Positions 22,118-35,077 of a DNA stretch of 64,000 nt are shown here, piece by piece. The translations under genes were made by a program, and so were the position numbers. The stretch is taken from NCBI RefSeq assembly GCF_000315625.1, contig NW_005434642.1:3080-67079 (forward strand), written 5' to 3'. Position 1 is the first letter of the stretch, and each line of letters opens with the position of its first letter. The stretch is from Guillardia theta CCMP2712 (lineage: Eukaryota > Protista > Cryptophyta). The notes beneath the pieces are model-generated. The model ran no database searches. It worked only from the letters and a program-made list of their open reading frames with translations, and was not told the DNA's origin.

Positions 22118-25100
22118 CTAGTCCATGCAGTCCAGGCCGGTCTCGCTTTCCCCACACGTCAGCTCCACCGTTTGCTGTGCGCTCCCTTGTTGCGTCTACA
22201 GCAGATGTCAGAGCTGCTGGGGGCGAGGAGGAGTAACCTGTAGCATAAAGCTCGAGCGCCGCACGAGGTCAGGAAGCCTTTGTAGGAACCCTTGCGACCT
22301 TGCGGCGAGCTGACATGTTGATCAGAGGAAGCAGCAGGTACGAGGCAAGAAGGGAAGGTAGAGGAGGAGAGATGAATGGATGGGTAGATGGAGAGAGGGA
22401 GGGGGGAGGGACACCTACCTCAAAAGAACCAGGAGGCAACCGGACAAGCTCGAGGCTTTCATTCGCTAGTTGTTGATGCTGCAGGAGTCATGAGGAGACG
22501 GGGAAGTTGATTCACGTCACCCACAAGGCGGAGGAGGAGGACGGCGCACGAGAGGCGGATGGGGCGGTCGGAGGAGGCGAGGAGGGACTCGAGAAGTGCT
22601 CCCCCGTCAGCCTCCCAGAAGAGCAAGCCCCCCCCATTGTTACGAAGACATCGTCCTGGAGAAGAAGGCAAGAGCGCACTGAAAGCGTTCTGTTCCCTCC
22701 CCTCCTCGCTCATGTCCAACGTCCACGACCCTCCCGGAGAAACAAGCGGAGGATCCGCGATCCCTCCCAACCTGACAAGCATGAGCACACATCAAGACTT
22801 CTCGTACTCGTGGTTCTCCTTGTCCTTGTCCTTATCCTCGGCGTTCTGCTCCGCCTGCTCGTCGTTCTCTACCTCCTGCCCTCCCTCCATTCCCCTTCTC
22901 TCCTCCTCCTCCTCCTACCTCCTCAGGAGCTCGAGCCCTCGAAGCTGAACCTCCCAGTCAACATCATCGCAGATCTTCTTGCAGATCTGAAGCTCCTGCA
23001 TGAGACTACCGCGCGCTCTCCTTCCTCTCACCTTGCTCCACTGCTGCTTCGGGGCTTTCTCCTCCCCTCCACACCGAGTCGCCCACCAGGTGCCTCCAGC
23101 CAGCGACTTGCCCAGCAGGAAGCAGCTGCTGTTGTCGTTCACAGCCCAGCTCTGAGCCAGCAGTGTCAGAGCTGGGAAGGCGGGTCAACTTGACAAGGCG
23201 CCTGCAGGGTTGACATGGAAGCCCGCCTTACGATCGCCTCGCTGGTAGGGTAGGTGAGAAGGGGAGAGGGCAAGCGGCGGCGACACCTGTTCACGAGGCC
23301 CCGGTAGACGTGCGTGCTGACGTCATCGGCAGCCTGAGGGGCAGCTGAGAGGAGCAGGAGGGTAGAGGTGAGGGCAGAGGGGAAGGGGGGAAGGCACCTG
23401 CGGGCTGAGAAACTTTTGAATGTGGTGAACACACGATAAGGATGAGATGGCTGCCTGAGAAGACATTGAGAGGGAGGGAGAGGGAGGGAGAGGGAGGGAG
23501 AGGGAGGGAGAGGAAGGGAGGCAGAGGGGGTGCAAGGGAGAAGAGGGGAGAGGAGGAAGAGGTGTAAGAGGGGAGAGGAGGGGAATCGGAAGGTCCTTTA
23601 ACTAGTCGGACTGGGTTCTCACCGCCTGCACAAAGTCCACCTTGTCGACGCACAAGCTGCACAAGACGCGAAAGATGGAAGGGGCAAGAGAGGAGAAGCT
23701 TTCTGCTCGCTCCAGCACTTCCGTCCTCGTGAGGACCATGGCGATGAATTCAGCTGATATACATCGGATTTCCCAACTTGCAGACAACCAGTCAGTCCAA
23801 CAGTTTCGGCATGTTGGGACGGACAGCCATGGCTCGCCTGCTAGACATGGAAACTCGCTCTAGTACGTCGACGACGTTGTTTGAGTTGGCTGAGAGTGAG
23901 AAGACGCAGTCGTCGTCGGGTGCTGAGCCGGAGACCGCAGTCTGCTCCAACCACTTCCATGAGAGGACGGGAAGGTTGTCAAAGACTCTGAAGACATGAC
24001 GAGTGAGAGTTTGAGAGAATGACGAGGGAGGGAGAGCGAGAAAGAGCAGGAGGCGATACCTCAACAGGCATCGGAAGGCTGCTGTTGATATGCCAACATC
24101 CTTCCTGCATCGCAGCTTGTCAGAGATGGAGCCGGAGTGTGATGGTTGTACCCGAAGAGAGTCTGACGGAGGAGAGAAGCAAAACACGACTCGGTGAGAT
24201 TCATCCATTCACCACTGTTCACAGCCTCTTCTTTCGACTCAGACATCATCATGGCAATACTGGAGAAAAGAGGGAGGTAAGACAGCAGAATACAAGTCGC
24301 CTCACTGACCATTGCGTCAAGCTCCCAATGGCCGACACAACATTCCGCTGAAGGTGGATGTAGACACGGATCTTTGAACCAACTTGCAGCATGTTGTCAA
24401 CGAGCAGCATGACTAGTTGTGCCCACGAGAAGAAAGCTTCGAGCGGTTTGCAGTTGTCTTCCGCAGCATTCAGCCGCAAACATTGAAATGCCTGATCCGA
24501 GGTCATGAGGAAGGTGCGTCGACACGAGCTGTAGACCTTTTGATAGGCTTCAAACATGTCGTTGACGATGGCGACGTTGTTGTTGTTCAGAACATCCCGT
24601 GATGGATCTAATGTCTTGTACGTGTCATCGACAGTCTCAGTGAGGGAGAACAGTTGATAAACACCTTCATTGCAGTCTTGAGCGACATAGGGATCATTCT
24701 CAACACGTCAAGTTGAGACTGCGGGCAGCTCTCAGCCCCGTTCCCCTTTAAACTGTCAGCTGAGAGGAGGCAGGCAGATCGTCACCTCCGCTGCCTTGCG
24801 ATGGCTGCAGACAGTCTTGAAGACGGAGAACCCGGACCTGTCCAAGTCTCTCCCTCAGTCTCCCGCATGCTCGGGATACACTCTGAGGTTTCACTTGATC
24901 ATCGCCGCGTCTTCGCTCTCCCATAAGAGTCTCATCATGTTGGAGAGGTCGATAGCCCCCCACGTGGACGCGTGACCTGGACCTCACCTCACCTCCTCCT
25001 CCTCCTCCTCCTCCTCCTCCTCCTCCTCCTCCTCCTCCTCCTTCTCCTCCTCCTCCTCCTCCTTCCTCCCACCCTCGCCTCTCTCGCGCATCCACCTTCG

Positions 25101-25634
25101 ACTTGACTCTGTGGATGGAAATATTAGGAGGGAAACGGAAGGAAAAAGAGAAGGAAGAAGAAGCAGACAAAGATAGGGGGGAGGAAGAAGGAGGAAAGAA
25201 GGGCAGGAGAGGAGAGGAGAGCAGGGGAGAGGATAGGATAGGATAGGAGAGGAGAGGCAAACTGACATGCTGATCGAGAGGGAGGACAATCTCCGCAGAG
25301 TTTTCAGTCCTACAAAATCGATTGAGCTGAGGCTCTTCTAGTCGTAGACTCGACCTTGAAGCCATTACCAGGAGCTCAAGAACAGCATGACGGACTTCAA
25401 CGTCGTTGCTGGCAACACCATGAGAACTGCTCTTACTCGTCGTCCTCCCATCGCAAGTTCTAGTGCTCCCTACCCTCTTCCATTCCGCATTTCCTTCTTT
25501 TCCTCCCTTTCCTCTATCTCTCCCCCTCAGCCTCACCTCTTGAGCAACACGAGGATGCTGAGCATAAGGTCGTACCTTCGGATGGTCCTACAACCAAATC
25601 AGGAGCAGGAGCAGGGGCAGGGGCAGGGGCAGGG

Positions 25635-25675
<41 letters not shown>

Positions 25676-27541
25676 GGCAGGGGCAGGGGCAGGGGCAGGG
25701 GCAGGGGCAGGGGCAGGGGCAGGGGCAGGGGCAGGGGCAGGGGCAGGGGCCTGGGCAGGGGCAGGGGCCTGGGCAGGGGCAGGGGCAGGGGCAGGGGCAG
25801 GGGCAGGGGCAGGAGCAGGAGTAGCAAGCACCTCCTCCCTCTCGCAGTCTGCAGCAGGTGCCGAGTGACTTCGATGAGAGCTAGACGGACACTTGACGTC
25901 TGCGATGAGGCTCAGGTGCGCAAGAGAGCTGAAGGCAGGGAGCAGGCATATGCGTCGATCAGAGATGATCGCCAGACAGACAACGAAGAGAACAATCGCA
26001 CGTCACACATAACATAAAGATATCTGACTTGCTTTCACCTGCATGCAGCACTCTCGCGGGAGATCTCCGTCTTTCAACTGAAGCACAGCCTCGAAGATCT
26101 TGTTCCACAACTCATCTCGTCGCCTATGCTCAAGTCCCAAACACTTCCTCTTGCTCTCTCGCTCAGCAACCTCCTTTGCTCCTGCTCCTGCTCCTTCTCC
26201 TTCTTCTCCTCCTCCCATCATCTCGGTCTCCTTTCTGCCAACGTCTCATTGTTCCGTCATCGCCTCCAGCGCCATTACATGAACATATCCACCTCCGTCT
26301 CCACCACCATCGTCCCGACGCCGCGCAAACTTCTCCTGAAGAACCTCCTCCTGCCCACATCGTCACGGCGACCACGGAGAGGAGGCGCGGGCGCTTACAG
26401 CTCTCTCTCCGAGTCTCTCTGCAGCTCCAGCTGGAGCAAGCAGGACAGAGCCCTCCCTGCTGTCTTTGACACCATCCGGCTGCTGACCTGGACGGCGAAC
26501 GTGAAAGGGAGCAGCAGAAGGAGGAGGAGGAGGAGGAGGAGGAGGAGGAGGAGCAGAAGGAGGAGGAGCAGAAGGAGGAGCAGCAGGAGGAGCATGGCAC
26601 CTGAAGGCATTGGATGGTACATCGTACCATCTTGACTGAGGTGCAGAGATACAGCAGGCTCTCAAGTCGCGGCGAGCAAGGTCGCAGCATGTAAGTCGAC
26701 AACTTCGCTAGGAGGTTGAAAGCTGCCCGGCAACATCAACCTTCAATCTCCAGCTCCTGCTCCTGCTCCTGCCCCTGCCCCTGCCCCTGCCCCTGCCCCT
26801 GCCCCTGCCCCTGCCCCTGCTCCTACTCCTGCTTCTGCTCCTGCCCCAGCCCCAGCCCCTGCTCCTACTCCTGCTCCTACTCCTGCCCATCCTCTTACCC
26901 CTCTTACCTGCTTCTCTCACCGTCGGCTCCTCACAGTCCATCGGGTTCTCACAGCACATCTGATTCACATGCCTCTGAGCTGCGGCAACGTCCTCATCCT
27001 CAGTCCTCGGAGCTCTTCCATGCCCCGCCACTCCCTCCTCGGCCTCCCTCGCAGGAGAATCCTCCTCCCCCTCCTCCTCCCCCTCCCCCTCCCTCTCTTC
27101 CTCCCTCTCTTCCTCCCTCGATTCTCCCCCATCCCGTGCCAGCTCAGTCGATGCCTGCTGGCTGCCTACTGCCGGCTCCTGCTCTTCGCACAGAGCGAGG
27201 GCGGCATGTGCCAAGGGAGTCTCAGCGTCAGCAGCGAGGATCTCCAACACGTCAAGGTCAGGAGCGTCCAGAAGGGAAGCGACGCAGTCAAGGAGGGTGG
27301 ACTGAGTGCGAAAAAGACCCGATCGTAGCCCAGCTATCATCAGGTAGCATGCCCTGTGGTTGGAAGGGTCCGTGAGGAACTTGGAGGGTTCAGCCCTTGC
27401 CTGACTGACGACCATGGAGGCGGTAGCCGCGTACCAGGCGCCATCGGGTACAGGAGGAGGAGAGAGCAAGGCCCTCAGTGCTTGCAGTCCCCGCCCTCCC
27501 TCTTCCTCCTCCTGCACCCCATGCGGCTCCGACATTTCCAA
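22118..27541 (-). CDS. Large multi-exon hypothetical protein, Leu-rich helical (ARM/HEAT-like?)
   Basis: Succession of minus-strand exons with GT-AG borders from MEMSEPHG.. to ..GLDCMD-stop; amphipathic Leu/Ala helices; no family motif recognised. Confidence 0.5.
25600..25821. repeat. (GGGCAG/GGAGCA)n hexamer repeat in intron
   Basis: Direct reading; source of the poly-PA/GQ/LP ORFs. Confidence 0.95.
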
Positions 27542-27639
27542 GGTACGAGAACCAGGAGCGGTAATGCTCGCAGCTTGTTACAAGCTATCGCAGTGCCTTC
27601 CATCTTCACGTGGCAGCATACTGATCCTCATCGTCATCA

Positions 27640-27689
<50 letters not shown>

Positions 27690-28142
27690 AGCTTTTTCCT
27701 TCCTTCATCTGCTGATCGGCCATTGTCAATTTTCGACGACCCATTGGGGTGGTGGTACACGGATTACTCTCTACTACCCCTATGTTCGACCTTGATTCTA
27801 AGGACAATCCAGTGGGTGGGGGTCATTGCAGACGGGTAGCCGGGGCGCAGAAATGGTGGTAGGACGAGCAGGAGACGGGAACGGAACGAAGGAGGGGAAG
27901 GGAGGAGGGAGGAGGAGGGAGGAGGAGGAGGAGGAGAGAAACGGGAAGAGATAGAGGCCGACGAATCGTTGGAGGGGATGGCGAATCCTCCATAACTGGT
28001 GGCTCCTCTGCTACCGTTGTCAACATAGCACTCCCCCCTGCGCCAGCCTCGCCATACATCTCGTAACTCCTCGTACGCTCCTTCCCGCCCTCTTCTATCC
28101 GCTCGTTTCGTTGCATCCTTTTGCTCTCAGACTTCTTGCGGG

Positions 28143-31100
28143 ATGAGTGGCCGGCGGCCTCTTGCTCCCGATGCTGCAATGCCAGCGGTCGAGGTTGACG
28201 GGACGGACATGGCCAAGGATCCAGCAGAGAGCCATGCAGGGATGCGAGAGGAGGCGAACAGATATGCAGAGAGCGAGGATGCACACAGAAGCGCAGAGAG
28301 CGAGGCAGGAGAGGAGGAGCAGGAGGAGATCTCCGGCATGGAGTGGAAGCTGGGGGACGCTTGCCGAACAGAGAGCAGCATGGCGTGGTCAGGGGACGGC
28401 GTCCTGTCGGTGCTTGCCGGGCCGCTCGTGCAAGTGATCGACCCGGTGAAGGAGAAGATGGAGGCTGTGAGCCTGCGAGCACTTGCTGAGGTAGTCGGTG
28501 AGATGACTGGCAGGTGCCGGTGGAGCGGGGGGAGCCGATGGTGCTGTCCGGCGTTGAAGTATCGGAAGAGACGCTGGACGACGAGCTGCACCTGCTGATG
28601 CTCGAAGTTCGCAGCCCCTCTCAGTTTGTCGCTTCCTCCTGGTCGCCGCTGGGAATGTCGAGCGAGGTGAGAGCTGAGCACTGGAGGGTCGAAGGTGACG
28701 TGAGGTGGTCGGAGCAGACCTGCTGCCTGCTGGCGCTTGCGAGTAGCGATGGAGCGATAACGCTGCATGATATGCAGAATGTTGTCAAGCCAGTTCACTC
28801 GCTCTCTCGCTCGGTCCATTCGTCGATGATGCAAGCTGATGCGATGCAGCTCAGTCTGTCGAGAGACGATGGGAGGTTTGCAGGCATATCACAACTTGAC
28901 GGGGCTGAAGATGAGGATGAGGATGAGGATGAGGACGAGGATGAGAATAAGAATGGAAAAGAAGGAGCGGAAGAGAAAGGGAAAGGGAAAGGGAAAGGGA
29001 AAGGGAAAGGGAAAGGGAAGGCGAAGGGGACAGAGAAAGAGGAAGAGAAAGAGAAAGAGAAAGAGAAAGTGAAAGTGAAAGAGAAAGAGGAAGGTAGCAG
29101 AGAGAAAACCAAGTCCAAAAGGGCACAGCAGACTCCAAGAAGGTCGAGGAAGGTCTCAGCTGGCAACGGAGAGGAGGAAGTTGCGGGTAAAGGTGTCTAT
29201 TGTTGATTGCTCTGTGTTCTGATCTTCTTGACAGCAGATCAGGCTGATAGTCGTCAGGGGAGCAACGAGAATGGAGACCTGGCGGAGGCAAAGGAAGAGG
29301 GAAAGGTTGAAAAGTCTGCAAGGAAACCCAAGATGAGTGCAGAAGACAAGAAGGAGAAAGCTGAGAGAGAAAAGCGAGCGCTGGTGAGAAGAGGTGCGGA
29401 GTCAAGGGGAATCGTGTTGAGGTCTGGACGCAGGAAAAGTCTGCAGCGCTGGCAACCGAAGAGCTCCAACGGAGATGTCAGAGCTACGGAACGGCCGACC
29501 AGCTGTCAAAAGACATGTCAGATGTGGAGGAGGCGGCAAAGGGACTGTTGGGTATGAAGTTGTTGGATGACAACAAGAGCTCAGTTTGACCCGTGCTGCA
29601 GCCTGGCTGGAGTTGAACCATGTTGACATGATGGGAGATGTCAACGTGCCGACGTTGAAGAAGTGAAATCCCTGTGGTGTAATTTCCGTCTGACTTCGTT
29701 GCCCGCAAAGGAAACTTGTGGCAGAGGTCAAACGCTGCTTGCGGGTCAAGGTGAAGGAGCTCAAAGATGAGGAGAAGAAGGCGAAGAAGGCGAAGAAGGC
29801 AGAGGAGACGCCAAAGGGAAGCAGGAAGCGGAGGTGACGAAGACGTTGTGTAAAGACGCGGCAAGTGTGACTTGTGGTGGTGTAGGCGGGAGAGCGGAGA
29901 AGAAGAGCTCGAGGTGGAGAAGGAGCGTTGCTGTGTGGAGTTGGTTGATGGTTTGTGTCAGGAGAAGACCAGCGAGAGGCCGATGTCATCACGGAGAAAG
30001 TCTGCAGGGCGAGCAAGAAAACAGGAGGAGGAGGAGGAGGAAGAGGAAGAGGAAGACGAGAGTGAGGAGGAGGAAGAGGAGTTCGTGATGGACAAGGTCA
30101 AGAATCGGCGGAGGTCAGCCACACCAAAGCGTACAGGTCGCAACGGGCGAGGAGGGCGCGGAGGGCGAGGAGGGCGAGGAGGAGGAGGGTCAGTGGAGCT
30201 GGCGTGTGAGGTTCTGAGTGACAAGCTGGTGACAAGAGAGGAGGCGAAGGAGGAACGGGAGACGCTCGTCCCTCTGGCCCTCGCATGGTTTCCTCACCTT
30301 GTCCCTCCTCGAAGACCTCACACCCTCTCTGCGCTGCTCTGCATCACCAGCATGAGGCGCGTGAGCTTCTGGCGGCTCGAGAGGGAGGGCAGCGAGCTAT
30401 CGCACACGCTCGCTGCCTCTGCCTCCTCCTCACAGAGACGGTTCTCCGCCATGAGCTGGTTGCCGTCGCAGCATCCTCCTCCACCAGAACTCAGCTTCTC
30501 CTCCCTCCTCGCCCTTGGCTTCACCGATGGCTTCGTTGACATCCTCCGATTCCAGGAGAAGGGAGCGCAAGGGGCTCTAGAGCTCCTCCACCGGATCCAG
30601 CTGAGCCCGGGAGGACTCGCAGTCTGTCATCTGCTGGGCATCCCCTCAGATGGGCTGAAGAGGATGGTGGCGGGGACTGCGAGGGCTCTGTACATGTGGC
30701 AGGAGAAGGAGCCAACCAAGGTCAGGAGGAGCACAGAGCACGAGAGCGAGATCGCTGGCATGGCAGGGGACGGGCTGTTCTCCAAGATCTTCACGTTGAG
30801 CAAGGCCGGAGTCGTGCGGGTGTGGCTGATGCCGGAGGAAGCTTCCGGTGACAAGTGGCCGCCCCTCCTTCAGTTCGACTGCAGAAGGCAGCAGCAGCAG
30901 CAGCAGGGTGACTTCGGGTTCCGAGCCCTGGGGATCGCAGCGAGTTTTCATGGGACGCACATCATGTTCGTAGGAAGGTGATTGCCACCGTCTCGTAACT
31001 TCCTCCTTCATTCCGCTGCTCCTTCGTCTTCCTCTCTCCCTCAACGTTCCCTCCTCCTCGTCCTCCTCGTCCTCCTCCTGCTTTTTGCCTCCTGGTCTTC

Positions 31101-32317
31101 TTTCTCCTCCTGGTCCTCCTCCTCCTGATTTCTTCGGTTCATTCACATCGTCTCGTCCAGGCGAGTGACCTCCGACAAGGGAAGGCAAACGCTCACCTTC
31201 CCCTCTGGCGTTGAAAGTTTCGTCCGCACGGTTCGCGTCCCTGGATACGTCGAAGCTCATGCTCAGCGCCTCGAGCTCTTCGTGCAAGTTTGCCGGTAGA
31301 GTCCACTACTCCCTCCTCCCTCCTCCCTCCTCCTTCGTCCCTGCTCCCTCCTCCTTCTTCCCTGCTCCCTCCTCCTTCGTCCCTGCTCCGATCTTCTTTT
31401 GTCTCTTCTCTTCTGTGGCTCCATCTCCTTCCCTCTCTACCATCCCCTCGCCTCTCTCCTCTTTCTCCCTCACCACCAGCGCAGGTACATGCACGAGTCT
31501 GCTACTCCAGCTGCTCGACAGTCGCTGGGGGACGTGAAGGTGACGGAGACCTTCAAGTGGTGGTGGGATCTCGAGCAGCTGGCGAGGAAGGAGGTGAAGC
31601 AGAGGGAGCGAGCGCTGATCGTCGAGGCTCTAGAGGAGGAGAGGAAGCAGTTCCACAGGTCAGAGCACGAGGACGAGCACGGCGCCGCGACGCAGCACAG
31701 GAGCAGTCCTCTCCACCTGAGCTGCAAGAACGGCAACGTGTGGATCAGTAACCTGCTGGTCCTGCTTGGCTCAGATGTGAATGCGAGGGATAAGAACGGC
31801 TGCACGCCGCTGTCCCTCGCCTCCTTCAACGGCAGCCAGGAAATCGTTCGCTGCCTCCTGGATCACAGAGCGAGTGAGTCCTCCTTTGGTGTCCTGATCT
31901 GCTGAGAGCATGTCGTCGTCCTCGCCCTCCTCTTCCTCCTCGTTCCCCTTCCCCTCTCGTCCTCGTCCTCGTTGTCCTTACTGATCCTCCTCGTCCTGCT
32001 CGTCCCCGTGTCCCTCCAGTCCTTCTTGTCTCCTCCCTGCTACGCTCTCTCCGCTCCTCAACTGCTACATCGTGACTTCTCCCCCATCAGATGTAGGAGC
32101 AGCCGACTCAGACAACCTCACGGCCCTGCACTGGGCGAGCGCTCGAGGCCACCGAGGCATCGTCGAGCTCCTACTCCAGCACAGCCCGGACATGGCAGGA
32201 CGGGGAGGAGGGCCTTCAGTGCTCGAGGTAGCGCATGAGATGGTCAAGGACTTGATCCTCGCAGCCGGCGGCGCCTGCAGCTCTGAGCCCCCGCCGGGCC
32301 GGCACTGCCAGGACTGA
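28143..32317 (+). CDS. TFIIIC90/GTF3C4 (TFIIIC-delta)-like WD40 propeller protein with C-terminal ankyrin repeats
   Basis: MAWSGDGVLSV and SWSPLGMSSE|TCCLLALASSDGAITLH resemble the TFIIIC-delta N-terminal motifs; further WD-like strands; ankyrins SPLHLSCKNGN, TPLSLASFNGS, TALHWASARGH; linking exon ~31161-31296 keeps phase. Confidence 0.7.
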
Positions 32318-33141
32318 CTGAGCCGCGCCGGAACTAGGCCGGGCTGATCCGATGTAACTAGTAAAGTAAAGTTAAGCGATCAAGTTCTCAGTGGCGTCAG
32401 CCTCAGAACTTAACTTAACCGTTGAATTTACCGTAGTACCACGCCCCCGCTCCGAGTCGGCACTGCGGCGCGTGCTGAGCCCCGCTAAGGCGGGGGCTGC
32501 CAGACTCTCAGTCGGAGGGGGCCACAAGGCCTTGGTACCATACTACAGTACTACGATACCCTCCCCGGACCGTCCGTCACAGTACCCATGGCGGCTGCGC
32601 GCGGCGGCCGGGGCCGCGCGGCCGGGCGTGGCATGCCCATTCGCCAGACGCCGGGTCAGTTGACTAATGCGGCACTGCGGCCCGGAGGGGCGGCCGTCTG
32701 AGCCGCCGCGCCGACGGCGACCGACTCGCCTTGCCAGTGTCCGCCGCTCGCGGGCCCCCGCCCGCCGGGTCCCCGCCGACTCGGGGCCGCGGGACTCCCA
32801 GGCACGGCACTCAGGGCCTCACTGACAGTGTCACGGCTCAGCGCCACTGTCCGACGGGGGCCATCAACTAAAATCTTCGATGAGGCTCATAACCTGTTTT
32901 GAGGAAATTCTGCTGATGATGAGGCGTAAAGGGAGCAAGAATGAGGCAATTACTGGGGTGGGGTACTCATAGTACCGGTGCTGACATGACTGATTTTGTC
33001 TGTAAGGATAGGGTACTCTTTCCTCAGCTTTGGTTTGCAATGAGCTCAGGGGGGGTTGCACTCCCAGGGTTGTTGGGCAGAGAGGGGGTGGGGGTAGTGG
33101 CTCAAGATATAAAGAAGCACTTTTGAGGGAGGAAGCATTTC

Positions 33142-33973
33142 ATGTTCAAGCGAGCGGCAGCGGCGACGGCTCTGCTTGTGACCATCGGAGGAGCATCGGC
33201 GTTCTCTGCTCCCCTCCCTCTCGCGCGTCTTACTTCTAGGATCGCCAAGACCACCGCTGGTACCATCTTCCGCTCTCCTTTCACAAGGACCGTCTGTTTG
33301 TTCGGGCTGGGGGGTGAAAGCAGCAAAGCATCCTCCGAGAAGGTGCGTGAACATCTGGCTGAACAAGCTAACTTCCGATGACTTCTCTCGACAGGGGATG
33401 TATCCTATCGTTGGCGGCGAAGATATCATGCGCCAGAAGGCGCATGGTACCAGCGAGAAGCCTGTCATGAAGAACCTCCGCTGGGGCTGTGACTACGAGA
33501 CAGCAGACAGGATCTGCAACTTCAACAGGCATTACGCTGAGTTCGCAGGATACTGGACAACGACCAAGTTTCTTCAAGAGGTCGACAAGGAGAAGGAAAC
33601 CACCTACTATGACTCGGTGACTGGGAAACCCCTGTTCATTGCCCCCCGTGGACGTACCTTTGAGGAGTTCAAGGCGGAGAGCATTTCTCATGGATGGCCC
33701 TCTTTCCGAGACGAAGAAGTTGTGTGGGAGAATGTCCGCTGTTTGAACAATGGAGAAGCTGTACTCGTCGACGTGCTTGGCGAGCTGTCGTAGTGATGAT
33801 TCTTGGCAGGTCTCGGTAGATGGAACCCACCTTGGCCACAATCTCCCGTGAGTATCTCTGGTGCTTTCTTGTGACATGGACGATGACATCTCGTGTCTTT
33901 AGTGACAGGAAGGGCAATCGCTACTGCATCAACCTCGTTAGCGTGGCTGGAAACCCTAATCCTGAGCACTAAG
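33142..33973 (+). CDS. msrB: Methionine-R-sulfoxide reductase MsrB-like, plastid-targeted
   Basis: Signal peptide ..GGASA|FSAP; YYDSVTGKPLF, HGWPSF, DGTHLGHNLP|DRKGNRYCIN (catalytic Cys codon TGC). Confidence 0.9.
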
Positions 33974-34117
33974 ATCGTTTCGGAGGAACACCAAAAATGT
34001 GTTGCGGTAGAATAAACACTGCTCAAATCATTCGCGATTTCGTGTATCAGTTTATTGTTACAAAAGCCTCTGGGAAAGTCTCGATATGCACAACCATCGC
34101 ATCGCACCACTCTGTCT

Positions 34118-35077
34118 TCATGTGCGTTGCCTCTTGATCCTAGGTGCCTCCGATGTCGGAGAATCAGGTGGGCTGCGGCTTGTTCTCGGCGAAGATTTTA
34201 GCACTTTGTCGGCACTCGGACTTGCAGGCTCTTGCTTGACTGAGCTGGATGTCGCCTTGCTTTCTGGCGAAGCGCTTCTCTCGTATCGAATGGTTCTGTA
34301 GTCACCAAGGGTTTTTACATTCTCGAAGTGCAGATAGTCAGATATTGTCATCGAAGGACCCTGCCTCTCAGGAGGACACGACATTGCTTGTATGGGGCTG
34401 GCGACCTCCAACGCTTCCTTCTTTTTCTCAGTGCAGGTCGTATGTGTCTGTGGGCTGGACACTGTGACTGTCACAGTTCCTGCCGATGTGGCTGAAACCT
34501 GCTTTGAAGATTCCATTGGCACAACTTGACTGGAAGGCGAGATGCTTTGTTCTTTAGTTTTCGGCATCTTTTTGCTGCTCCCAGAAGCCGAGCCTGAGTC
34601 TGTCTCGTGGCTCTTGATCAGCCAAGAAAGGTCCTGGAAGTGTGTGACTGTGCGCTTCCTTGAGTAGGGCCACTTCCAAATCCCTGCCCTCCGACACATG
34701 TTCTTCATGGCCGTCAGAGAGATTCCTAATTGTCTTGCCGCGTCGATTTGCTTCAGGTGAAACAGCTGCGAGATTTGCTCGTATGATAACGTCGCGATCT
34801 TTCTGTTCTTGCCCTTGCTCGGCGTTTCCTCTCCATCGTTCTCGCCAGCTTGCAGCCCGGACTCACTTGCCCTCGAGCTGTTGCCATCGGAAAGCTCCCC
34901 ATCCTCGTCATTGTCCTCCGACAAGCAGCTCTCGGCGTTGGAGTCTTCTTCTGGGCTTCGATTTTTGTCATCCGACTCTTGGTTCTGCTCACTGATCATG
35001 TTGAGAGAGTCCGACCCAAAGGCGTGCTCTATCGACAGGACAAAGCTGTCCTGGTCGATAGAGAAGCCGTGATACAC
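34118..35077 (-). CDS. RWP-RK domain transcription factor (start uncertain; first in-frame ATG at 34999)
   Basis: LSYEQISQLFHLKQIDAARQLGISLTAMKNMCRRAGIWKWPYSRKR. Confidence 0.9.
   Translation of the reverse strand: MYHGFSIDQDSFVLSIEHAFGSDSLNMISEQNQESDDKNRSPEEDSNAESCLSEDNDEDGELSDGNSSRASESGLQAGENDGEETPSKGKNRKIATLSYEQISQLFHLKQIDAARQLGISLTAMKNMCRRAGIWKWPYSRKRTVTHFQDLSWLIKSHETDSGSASGSSKKMPKTKEQSISPSSQVVPMESSKQVSATSAGTVTVTVSSPQTHTTCTEKKKEALEVASPIQAMSCPPERQGPSMTISDYLHFENVKTLGDYRTIRYERSASPESKATSSSVKQEPASPSADKVLKSSPRTSRSPPDSPTSEAPRIKRQRT

Noticed and set aside
22118-27541. MEI1/PRD1-like meiotic gene forming a mating-type-like cluster with the TALE and RWP-RK genes
   Set aside because: No diagnostic motif recognised; these TF families can be multi-copy, so co-occurrence in 64 kb is weak evidence
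33900-33973. MsrB as a second selenoprotein
   Set aside because: The catalytic residue in RYCIN is TGC (Cys); no in-frame TGA
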